Shown: piece after piece, positions 11,455 to 19,097 of the stretch | How the letters are laid out: every line of letters starts with the position of its first letter | Position numbering within the stretch: position 1 is the stretch's first letter | NCBI GenBank assembly: GCA_043801585.1 | Contig: JAZDLX010000111.1 | Span: 1 to 26,016, forward strand | Reading direction: 5' to 3' | Source: a bacterium | GTDB lineage: Bacteria; Electryoneota; Electryoneia; Electryoneales; Electryoneaceae | Length of the DNA: 26,016 bases | Translations under genes and position numbers: made by a program | The notes under the pieces: model-generated | Told to the model about the DNA's origin: nothing | Database searches by the model: none | The model's input: only the letters and a program-made list of their open reading frames with translations

Positions 11455-14238
11455 TTACGTCTTCTGTGATTGTCCGGACTCAACGACCTCTCGGACCGTG
11501 CGGACGAGATCATCAGGCAAATAGGGTTTCTGGATAAAAGCGTTGGGGAGAATTTCCATATCCTTTGATAGATCAGTTTCCGAGAAACCACTCGACAGGA
11601 TTACTCGAACGTCATCATTCAATTCTCGCAGCAGTTTGAGCGTTTCGTCACCGCTCATCTGCGGCATCATCATGTCGAGCAGAATAATGTCCACCCGGTC
11701 ACGATTTTCCTCATAGATTTTAAGCGCCTCTTCGCCATTTTCCGCTGTAAGTACATTCAGACCATGTTGTTCAAGGATCAGTCTGCATACATAGCGGACA
11801 GGCTCTTCATCATCGACAACGAGAATGGTTCTTGTGCTTCTCCATTCTTCCATCTGCTCCCTCATTTCTGACGGGGCTCCGGTGGCAGATACTCTGCCAG
11901 CAGGAAAATAGAGACGGAACGTGGTTCCCTTCCCCCGTTTGCTTTCAACCAAGATACCACCTTGATGTCCTCTTATAATACCAAAAACTGAGGCAAGACC
12001 AAGTCCGCGCCCGTCGAATTTTGTCGAATAGAATGGCTCGAAGATACGTTCCCGTGTCACCGTATCCATGCCGATACCGTTGTCCGAAACCTCCATGACA
12101 ACGAAATTTCCGGGGAGAAACGGTGAACCGCTGACGATCCCCTTCGTCTGTCCCACCTCGAGACGCCTGGCACCCACCCGGAACACGATTTTGCCATCGG
12201 TTCTTTCAATCTTCTCCTCAATGGCATCGGACGCATTAATAACAAGATTCATGACCACCTGGCGCAGTTGAGCAGGATCGGCGCTGATTCCGGGCACATT
12301 CTCCTCATAGAGGAATTGAACGTCGCACCGTTTGCCGGCCGCGCTTTTCAGGAGATTCTCCATCTCTTTAATGACTTCACACAGGTCAACATCTTTCGTC
12401 CGCCTTGCAGCTTTCCCCGAATAGGTAAGGAGTTGTCCGGTGAGTTCAGAGGCGTGACGCGCCGACTGTTCAATGTTCTCCAGGTACTGTCGAAGACCGG
12501 CATTCAATCGCTCTTCAGCAAGTGCGAGACTGACATTGCCGAGTACGGTCATCAACAAATTGTTGAAATCATGCGCAACGCCTCCAGCAAGAACTCCCAA
12601 GCCCTCGAGTTTCTGTGCGTGAAGAATCTGCTGTTCGAGCGCCCACCGTTCCTCTTCCGTGCGTTTCTGCTGCCGCAAGTCTCTGGCGATCACCGCCGAT
12701 GCGATCACTCTACCCGTCTGAGGATTCCTGACAAGAAACACCTGCAGATGGCAGGGAATCGTTTCGTTGGTGGCGAAATTCCGCAGCAGAAACTCCCCCT
12801 CAAACCGCCCCTCCCGCACCACTTCGCGCCACATGAGTCTCACTCGCTTGGCGACGTTCGCAGGGTGAAAATCGAGTAGACGAAGCGTGTGGGGATCGCA
12901 ATCCGGCGCCAGCCCCAGCAACCTCCGGCCTGCCGGGTTGATGTAGCGAGGTCGTCCCCATGTGTCCGTCATTCCAATGAAATCCACGCTGGCATTGATG
13001 ATCGCGGCAAGTTTCCTGGTCTCCTCGCGCGATTCCTGCAAGGCGGTGAGATCGAGAATTGTCATCATCCAGGAGGGTTCGCTCTGAATCTCAACCTTAT
13101 GAATTGAAACAAGGACGTTGTGCTGTTTTCCCTCTATCCGCGTTTCGATCTCATGTCCCGAGACTTCTCCGCACTGGTTCAACACGCGGTTCACTTCGGC
13201 GAGAGCATCTTCTTCGAGCACGGCATCGGGAGGAATGTTCTCGGGATCCATATCTTCGGGGAGCCGGGCGAGAGAAAGAAAGGGTTTGTTGACGAAGAGG
13301 ACCCGATCGTCCCGCTCACGCCGGATGATAACCGGAACAGAATGCGATTCGATAATCTGACGGAGACGGTTCTCATTTTCATCTCTGGCGCGTTGCATCA
13401 TTTCACGTTCGGTGACGTCCAGGCAGAGAACAGCAACACCCTTTGGCGATCCCTGGCTGTCGGTCAATGGAGTCGTGTACCACTCACAGACGATGTTACG
13501 ACCGTCACGAGTCACATGATTTTGCAGAAAATATTCAGGTTGGCGACTCTTAATGATTTTGCGAAGGCTCTTTTTCGCCAATTTGCGAGTATCATCACTG
13601 ATGAATAGATCGAATACGATTTTTCCAATGGCCTCTTCTCTTCGATATGAAAGAATTCGTTCGGCGGCGGGGTTCCAGCGAGTCACTCTCATGTCGTTAT
13701 CAATTTCGATTTCACCGACAAGACTTTGCGCCTGGTGCATCCTGACGAGTTCACGCGTGTGGCGATAGTCTTCAATCGTGTCGATCTGGTCACTGATATC
13801 ACTGATCATCAGTATCAGCAATCCGTCCGATCCCGGTTCGGGAGGAATGAACGTTGTCTCGACCCTTGCGTGGAAGACGCTGCCATCCGCTCGAAGCATC
13901 TTGCGGACACCACTTCTCCGGCGGGCGCCCTGCCGAAGTGACGCGATGGACTCCAACGATTCTTCAAGATCGTCGGGATGAATCATCCTGTGCGGATTGG
14001 GAACGAAAGGTTGCTCATCGGGATAGCCAAAAAGACGGATAAACGTATCGTTGGCATAACCGGGCTTATCCAGGCCCGCACTGTAAAAAATCCCTAAGGG
14101 ACTGGTATTGAAAAGTGCGCGCAGCAACAATTGATCCCTGCTATTACCCGATGTTGGGATCGGCGAGGGAAGTTCCCGGAAATGCTTTGCTGCCTCGGGA
14201 ATTTCAGGGGAATCAAGGACTTTCGTTTTTTTTCGCAT
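11455..14238 (-). CDS. Cytoplasmic multi-PAS hybrid sensor histidine kinase/response regulator
   Basis: About four PAS/PAC-like repeats (HPDD; WNPAAERILSY; FVNKPF; YINPAG), H-box GGVAHDFNNLL, N/G boxes (NLVINA, VSDNGIGM, GRGLGL), receiver domain ILVVDDE...LLDMMMP...IQKP. No TM segment seen. Confidence 0.93.
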   Translation of the reverse strand: MRKKTKVLDSPEIPEAAKHFRELPSPIPTSGNSRDQLLLRALFNTSPLGIFYSAGLDKPGYANDTFIRLFGYPDEQPFVPNPHRMIHPDDLEESLESIASLRQGARRRSGVRKMLRADGSVFHARVETTFIPPEPGSDGLLILMISDISDQIDTIEDYRHTRELVRMHQAQSLVGEIEIDNDMRVTRWNPAAERILSYRREEAIGKIVFDLFISDDTRKLAKKSLRKIIKSRQPEYFLQNHVTRDGRNIVCEWYTTPLTDSQGSPKGVAVLCLDVTEREMMQRARDENENRLRQIIESHSVPVIIRRERDDRVLFVNKPFLSLARLPEDMDPENIPPDAVLEEDALAEVNRVLNQCGEVSGHEIETRIEGKQHNVLVSIHKVEIQSEPSWMMTILDLTALQESREETRKLAAIINASVDFIGMTDTWGRPRYINPAGRRLLGLAPDCDPHTLRLLDFHPANVAKRVRLMWREVVREGRFEGEFLLRNFATNETIPCHLQVFLVRNPQTGRVIASAVIARDLRQQKRTEEERWALEQQILHAQKLEGLGVLAGGVAHDFNNLLMTVLGNVSLALAEERLNAGLRQYLENIEQSARHASELTGQLLTYSGKAARRTKDVDLCEVIKEMENLLKSAAGKRCDVQFLYEENVPGISADPAQLRQVVMNLVINASDAIEEKIERTDGKIVFRVGARRLEVGQTKGIVSGSPFLPGNFVVMEVSDNGIGMDTVTRERIFEPFYSTKFDGRGLGLASVFGIIRGHQGGILVESKRGKGTTFRLYFPAGRVSATGAPSEMREQMEEWRSTRTILVVDDEEPVRYVCRLILEQHGLNVLTAENGEEALKIYEENRDRVDIILLDMMMPQMSGDETLKLLRELNDDVRVILSSGFSETDLSKDMEILPNAFIQKPYLPDDLVRTVREVVESGQSQKT

Positions 14239-14384
14239 GCCACACTTTTACGTTCAACCGTATAAATGATCCACATTCATTTTAACGAAGTTTGCACTTT
14301 TGAACATCCAATGCAAGCCCTCCGGCATCACTTGCGCATGATTCTGAACCGTCAGAAACTGGCTTTGGAATAACAAAATTCGAC

Positions 14385-14414
14385 TTGCCCGGTTGTGGAA
14401 GTGGACGCTATTTT
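14385..14414 (+). promoter_or_regulatory. Putative sigma70-type promoter
   Basis: TTGCCC-N18-TATTTT. The same architecture (TTGCAC-N18-TACTTT, also with CGC before the -10) recurs at 22368-22397. Confidence 0.45.
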
Positions 14415-14425
14415 GTTCTCATAAA

Positions 14426-14525
14426 CGCCCTTGCTGAGGAGAGTAGCTGAACCTTTTGCGCAGAGTATTGTCATGTTCGTCATACCGGTGTTCTGCGCAT
14501 GCTGAAATTCGCCTCGGTGAGGGCG
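14426..14525 (+). ncRNA. Candidate structured RNA (5' leader or sRNA), about 100 nt, with yybP-ykoY-like motifs
   Basis: Two 14-bp stems (14426-14439/14512-14525 and 14457-14470/14486-14499) containing 7 G-U pairs that work only on the + strand. Confidence 0.55.
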
Positions 14526-14564
14526 ACCTATGTGTGGGGCTCGGCCCGTTTGAATGGAGTCGTC

Positions 14565-15545
14565 ATGGTTTCATTAAGAAATATCATCTCTCCACTTATT
14601 GTTACGGTTTTATTCCTCTTTGTCACGGCTTCCGCCCATGGTGAGTTCGACTGGGGCTCCAAATATGCCGGCGACTACCTGAGCGGCCAGTCGAACGCGC
14701 GCCTGCTGGCGTTGGGAGGGACCGGTGTTTCATTTGCGGAGGGGACAGCCGCCCTGCTCGCCAATCCAGCCCGGTTGCCGGCACGGTCCAGCCAGTCGTT
14801 GTCGCTGATGCACGCAGACCGTTTTTCGAGCGCCGTCAAGGTCGATTATGCCAGTTGGGTTTCTACCCGCCGGGATGGCACCGCTTTTGGATTGGGACTC
14901 GTCCGCCAGGGTGTCGACGGCATTCTTCTCAGCGAAACGCTCCGTGACCCAAACCTTCCACTCGGTCCGAATAATCTGCCCCAGATCACGGGAAGCGCCA
15001 GCGCAGCTGAATATGCATTCCTGCTCGGCTACTCAAAACCGGCCTTCCATGGTTTCCAGGCAGGCGGTTCAGCCAAGCTCCTTTACAAACATCTGGCTGA
15101 CAACCACGCGTTAGGACTGGGAGTCGATGTCGGCGTGGCTCATCAATGGGGACCCCTGTTGCTCGGCGCCCAGCTCCGGGACGCCTTCTCGACCCTGCTT
15201 GTGTGGGACACTGGCCGACAGGAAACCATCGTTCCCACTCTGCGCGTCGGCGCCGCCCTCGACCTGCCTCTCGAACGGCTCCAGGCCAGGGCGATGCCCG
15301 TTGTGGAATTTTCCGCGCGAACAGAAACCTGGGGCAATGCCGACTTTCTGGCTGTCAAGGCCGGTTTCGAGTACTCGATCCGCAACGTCGTTTCAGGACG
15401 GATCGGGATTGACGAAAATCGATTGACGTACGGCGCTGGATTGAACCTGTTTCCCTTTGTCCTCGATTACGCCTACATCGGACACGAAGATCTCGGCGCC
15501 ACTCACCGGATCAGCCTTCAGGTGTTCTGGGGATCTGAAAAATGA
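14565..15545 (+). CDS. PorV/PorQ-like outer membrane beta-barrel protein
   Basis: ATG at 14565 after GGAG, signal peptide, KYAGDYL...ARLLALGG...NPARL N-terminal motif, amphipathic beta strands, C-terminal LDYAY...LGATHRISL. Confidence 0.75.
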   Translation: MVSLRNIISPLIVTVLFLFVTASAHGEFDWGSKYAGDYLSGQSNARLLALGGTGVSFAEGTAALLANPARLPARSSQSLSLMHADRFSSAVKVDYASWVSTRRDGTAFGLGLVRQGVDGILLSETLRDPNLPLGPNNLPQITGSASAAEYAFLLGYSKPAFHGFQAGGSAKLLYKHLADNHALGLGVDVGVAHQWGPLLLGAQLRDAFSTLLVWDTGRQETIVPTLRVGAALDLPLERLQARAMPVVEFSARTETWGNADFLAVKAGFEYSIRNVVSGRIGIDENRLTYGAGLNLFPFVLDYAYIGHEDLGATHRISLQVFWGSEK

Positions 15546-16156
15546 TGTGTCTCCACCGCTTTTTTCCCGGTGGGGTTTTCATTTTGTCCCTTCTGCTCGT
15601 TAGCGGTTACATGGCTCATTCACCGTGGACGCCCGCACAGGATGAGACGATCCCCCGCGATCATCTGAATCGATATCCGGGCATGGAAGCAGTGGATCTC
15701 TACAAACTTGTATTTGAGGCTACTTCCGGCCCCGAGCATCTCGGCGCAAATGAAGATCTTCTCCTCCACTGGCTGAACATCGAAAGCAGTGAGTTGGACT
15801 CTTTCAACACTTCGGATACCCTGCTGGTGGAGCCGATTGGTGGACACTATGTTCGTGTGCACCTGGCGCACTGGCTGGCATCGGGAAGATCCCTTGAACA
15901 GCTTGCGAACCTGGTTTCAGTCTCCTCAGTTCCCGACGATTCAGACGCTGTCAGAGATACCTGGTACAAAACTCTTCAACTCTTTGCCTATGGTCGATTG
16001 GAAGGTCCATCAACTCGGGATCTGGCTGGTTTGACCCGAAAGGTGCGCAAACACGGGTGGCCACCGGTCCATCACAGCGATCTATTTAAGACAAAGTGGG
16101 ATCCCCACTACCGGGTAGTTGCTCTCACCAGTCTCCTCCCATGTTTCACGAAATGA
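15542..16156 (+). CDS. Conserved hypothetical protein, probably exported or membrane-anchored
   Basis: ATGA overlap with the upstream gene, hydrophobic N-terminus, motif-like blocks YPGM..DLYK...GPEH, VRVHL, PVHHS...PHYRVV. Confidence 0.7.
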   Translation: MMCLHRFFPGGVFILSLLLVSGYMAHSPWTPAQDETIPRDHLNRYPGMEAVDLYKLVFEATSGPEHLGANEDLLLHWLNIESSELDSFNTSDTLLVEPIGGHYVRVHLAHWLASGRSLEQLANLVSVSSVPDDSDAVRDTWYKTLQLFAYGRLEGPSTRDLAGLTRKVRKHGWPPVHHSDLFKTKWDPHYRVVALTSLLPCFTK

Positions 16157-16321
16157 CACATTTCTCTGCCTGTCATTTCCCGGTAATACCTGCAAATTGG
16201 CAACATACTTCTTTATTAACAACAGCATACAATTACTGTTTAGCATTTTTTTGTGTTTTGCATACAATCATTTCGAGCAACACTATCCATACACAGCGGG
16301 CTCCGAAGGCCGGGTTGCCTC

Positions 16322-16350
16322 TTGTGTCGTTTCTCCGACCCTAATACATT
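16322..16350 (+). promoter_or_regulatory. Putative sigma70 promoter of the polyamine cluster
   Basis: TTGTGT-N17-TACATT, immediately upstream of the operator-like palindrome. Confidence 0.4.
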
Positions 16351-16365
16351 ATCACCCATAAAAAA

Positions 16366-16384
16366 TGTTCATGATAGTGAAACA
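16366..16384. promoter_or_regulatory. PuuR-like operator
   Basis: TGTTCATGATAGTGAAACA, an imperfect palindrome (TTCA-N6-TGAA core) 17 bp before the XRE-cupin gene. Resembles the TGTTCATTATA PuuR box as I recall it. Confidence 0.55.
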
Positions 16385-16401
16385 AAAAGTTTCGTAAACT
16401 G

Positions 16402-16950
16402 ATGGCACCAGACAAGCTGGAAGAGATCGGTCAACGCATTCGCAAGCTTCGTCAGGCGGCAGAGATGACCCTGAGGGAGTTGGCGGAACGTGCCGATTTG
16501 ACACCGGGTTTTATCAGTCAGCTCGAACGGGGAAAAGTATCGATCTCGATTGACAGCCTGATGATGATTCTGGATGCACTGAACATCCATATCGCGGACT
16601 TTTTTCGTCCGAGTCTTGAACGGTTCGTCTTTCGCGAGCAGGACCAGGTTCACCTGGAGCGTGAAGGCGTCAAAGAGTTCGTGGCGCTGGTGCTCGGCGC
16701 CGGAAACCGTGAGATGGAGCCAATGCGTGTGCATCTCGCGCCGGGAGAGAAAGTGGGTCTTGAACCGTTTTCCGGTGAGCAGTTCGGGTATGTACTGAGC
16801 GGAAGGATTACGGTACAGTTCGGAAAGCGAAACCTGAAGGCGCGTCGGAACGACACATTCTACGCCAGCGGCGATAGCGATCTGACCCTTGAGAACACAT
16901 CCGGGAGGGAAGCTGTTTTCCTCTGGATAACCAGTCCGCCCTACTTTTAG
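16402..16950 (+). CDS. XRE-family HTH plus cupin transcriptional regulator (PuuR-like)
   Basis: IGQRIRKLR...[28 protein letters not shown] and a C-terminal cupin ([26 protein letters not shown]). Heads the polyamine genes. Confidence 0.88.
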   Translation: MAPDKLEEIGQRIRKLRQAAEMTLRELAERADLTPGFISQLERGKVSISIDSLMMILDALNIHIADFFRPSLERFVFREQDQVHLEREGVKEFVALVLGAGNREMEPMRVHLAPGEKVGLEPFSGEQFGYVLSGRITVQFGKRNLKARRNDTFYASGDSDLTLENTSGREAVFLWITSPPYF

Positions 16951-17041
16951 TGTGGGACGGGGAACATTGAACCGAAGTACGTCCGTTGATAAGCGGGTAA
17001 AAGCCTGCCGGGAACGACCCGGCAACCAGGAGGATCCAACA

Positions 17042-17512
17042 TTGAAACCTCGCGCACTTGGCCATCAGATGATGGTGGAGTTTTATGATTGCGATAAGGA
17101 CATACTCGACAATCTGGCGGGTATCGAAAGTGCAATGATTGACGCCGCGCTTGTAAGCGGTGCGACCATTGTTGAAAAAGTATTCCACAGATTCAGTCCT
17201 TGGGGTGTCAGTGGTGTAATCGTTATTGCGGAATCCCATCTGGCGATTCACACGTGGCCGGAGTACGGGTACGCTGCGGTGGATCTTTTTACCTGTGGTG
17301 ATACCGTGGATCCGATGAAAGGCTTCGAACTTCTTGAGGAGCGTCTAGGCAGCCAGAACATGTCGGTCGTTGAGATGAAGCGTGGCATTCTGCCCCAGGC
17401 GAATGGCGTCCACAAGCCTCTCTTTGCCGTCGAGGAGGGCGTTGCCCTTCCGAGCTGCAGTGTTCCGACGAACGGGAATGGCGTGCACACCGAGCTGGAG
17501 ATTGCCCGGTGA
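17042..17512 (+). CDS. speD: S-adenosylmethionine decarboxylase proenzyme (SpeD/SpeH type, pyruvoyl)
   Basis: TTG start 8 nt after [17 protein letters not shown], self-cleavage site [20 protein letters not shown]. Confidence 0.93.
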   Translation: MKPRALGHQMMVEFYDCDKDILDNLAGIESAMIDAALVSGATIVEKVFHRFSPWGVSGVIVIAESHLAIHTWPEYGYAAVDLFTCGDTVDPMKGFELLEERLGSQNMSVVEMKRGILPQANGVHKPLFAVEEGVALPSCSVPTNGNGVHTELEIAR

Positions 17513-18024
17513 CCGCTGAAAAAAGTTTGAAAAAGATGCAAAGCGAGTTTGCTCCGGGCATCCCGCGTCCGACGCGGTATTTCCTGACCCAGGGAGCCTC
17601 CGAGGGGTACACACCTCTGAACGCCTTTGACGGCGCCCTGATCGCTTCAAAGGTTGGAGACGTGAACCTCGTGAAACTTTCGAGCATCCTTCCTCCGGGA
17701 TGCAAACGGAGTCTCCAGCCCTGGCCGCTTAGGGCGGGCGCGTTGACCCCTGTCGCCTTCGCTTCGATCACCAGCCATCTTCCCGGCGAGCAGATCGCGG
17801 CGGCTGTGGCGGTGGGCATTCCGAAGAATCCGGAAGAGTCGGGGGTGATCATGGAGTATTCGGCTCGCGGCACCGCCAAATCGGCGGAGAAGATCGTTCG
17901 CCAGATGGCAAAAGATGCGTTTGCAATGCGTGGGCGTGAACTGAAGGCGATTCTCTCCACCTCGGTTGAACACAACGTGCACAGTATCGGCACCGCGTTT
18001 GCCGCGGTGGTCCTCGGTTATTAA
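17509..18024 (+). CDS. pdaD: Pyruvoyl-dependent arginine decarboxylase (PvlArgDC)
   Basis: GTGA overlap with speD and [14 protein letters not shown]...[15 protein letters not shown] cleavage motif, GVIMEY, AAVVL C-terminus. Confidence 0.88.
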   Translation: MTAEKSLKKMQSEFAPGIPRPTRYFLTQGASEGYTPLNAFDGALIASKVGDVNLVKLSSILPPGCKRSLQPWPLRAGALTPVAFASITSHLPGEQIAAAVAVGIPKNPEESGVIMEYSARGTAKSAEKIVRQMAKDAFAMRGRELKAILSTSVEHNVHSIGTAFAAVVLGY

Positions 18025-18066
18025 TTTTCCGACGTGAGGGGCACTACGTTGGGCGTTGCTCACGTT

Positions 18067-18099
18067 TCCGGCGGGATGTACCCGACCGGATTCTTTTTT
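18067..18099 (+). terminator. Terminator-like hairpin inside the polyamine cluster, before speE
   Basis: TCCGG-CGGG-ATGTA-CCCG-A-CCGGA followed by TTCTTTTTT. Confidence 0.55.
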
Positions 18100-18124
18100 A
18101 ATGGCAACAGAAGGCAACAGAAGC

Positions 18125-19009
18125 ATGGCGAAACAGGCTCAAAAACCCGCTGCGGAACCAAACGGAGTTGGTCTTGTCTATACGGAGTGGTTTCCGGGAG
18201 CGACCGGTCTCAGTTTCAAAGTGAAGGAAATCATCGAGGACGTCCAAAGCGAGTTCCAGCGCATACAGCTTTTTAGCACAGAAACTCACGGCAAGCTGCT
18301 CGTCATGGACGATTGTGTGATGCTCTCGGAACGTGATGAATCGGCCTACCATGAGATGATCGTGCATGTCCCGTTGCTCACTCATCCGAATCCAAAACGG
18401 ATTCTCGTGATCGGCGGCGGAGACGGCGGCACGTTGCGTGAAATCGTTCGACATCCGGAGGTGGAGCTGGCCCGTCAGGTGGAGATCGACGGCGAAGTTG
18501 TTCGAATCTGCAAAGAACATCTGCCGAAGATCGCCGCAGCCTATGACCATCCAAAGGTTGACCTGATTATCGGTGATGGCGTCAAGCACGTCAAAGAGGC
18601 GGATGACGCCCACTATGATGTCGTACTTGTGGACAGCACCGATCCTTTCGGACCGGCCCTGGGGTTGTTCGGCGAGGAGTTCTATTCGAACGTGCATCGA
18701 ATTCTGGATCGGGATGGCGTGATGGTCTGCCAGGCGGAATCCACGATGTACGGAATGGAGATGCTGAAAGCCATTACGTCTACCCTGCGCGGCATCTTTC
18801 CCCTGCTCCGTGTGTACAACAGCGAGATTCCCGTCTATCCGTCCGGGACATGGTCATTCGCTTTTGCGAGCAAGGGTCCCGATCCTCTTCAGCCTCTCGA
18901 ACCGGCGCGGGTATCGTTGATCGCCGAAGGTTGCCACTATTGGAATCCCGAGATCCATCGGGGCAGTTTTGCACTGCCTGCTTATGTTCGCCGTGAGCTG
19001 AATCTGTAG
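18125..19009 (+). CDS. speE: Polyamine aminopropyltransferase (spermidine synthase family)
   Basis: QSEFQRI, DESAYHEMIVH, ILVIGGGDGG, VEID, VDSTDP, YPSGTW. Start is 18125 or 18101. Confidence 0.95.
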   Translation: MAKQAQKPAAEPNGVGLVYTEWFPGATGLSFKVKEIIEDVQSEFQRIQLFSTETHGKLLVMDDCVMLSERDESAYHEMIVHVPLLTHPNPKRILVIGGGDGGTLREIVRHPEVELARQVEIDGEVVRICKEHLPKIAAAYDHPKVDLIIGDGVKHVKEADDAHYDVVLVDSTDPFGPALGLFGEEFYSNVHRILDRDGVMVCQAESTMYGMEMLKAITSTLRGIFPLLRVYNSEIPVYPSGTWSFAFASKGPDPLQPLEPARVSLIAEGCHYWNPEIHRGSFALPAYVRRELNL

Positions 19010-19097
19010 CAGGCTGGCTGAAAAAGAACTACATTTTGACCGCCTGACAGGTCTCCCGAGCGCTTTTTGTACTTGTCCTTTTCGAAGGTGAACAGCC

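Noticed and set aside
14426..14528. SRP RNA, 6S RNA or tRNA identity for the long hairpin
   Set aside because: It lacks the SRP GNRA loop with GGAAGCAGC, is about half the length of a typical 6S RNA, and has no canonical T-loop or anticodon arm.
16952..17041. ORF-track N-terminal extension of speD (and similar extensions at 1022, 10626, 14499, 18056 and 25875)
   Set aside because: Family similarity and, in most cases, SD placement support downstream starts (17042, 1088, 10689, 14565, 18101/18125, 25785).
19006..19030. TAGCAGGCTGGCTGAAAAAG as an IS or MITE end
   Set aside because: There is no matching opposite end, target-site duplication or transposase in the window.
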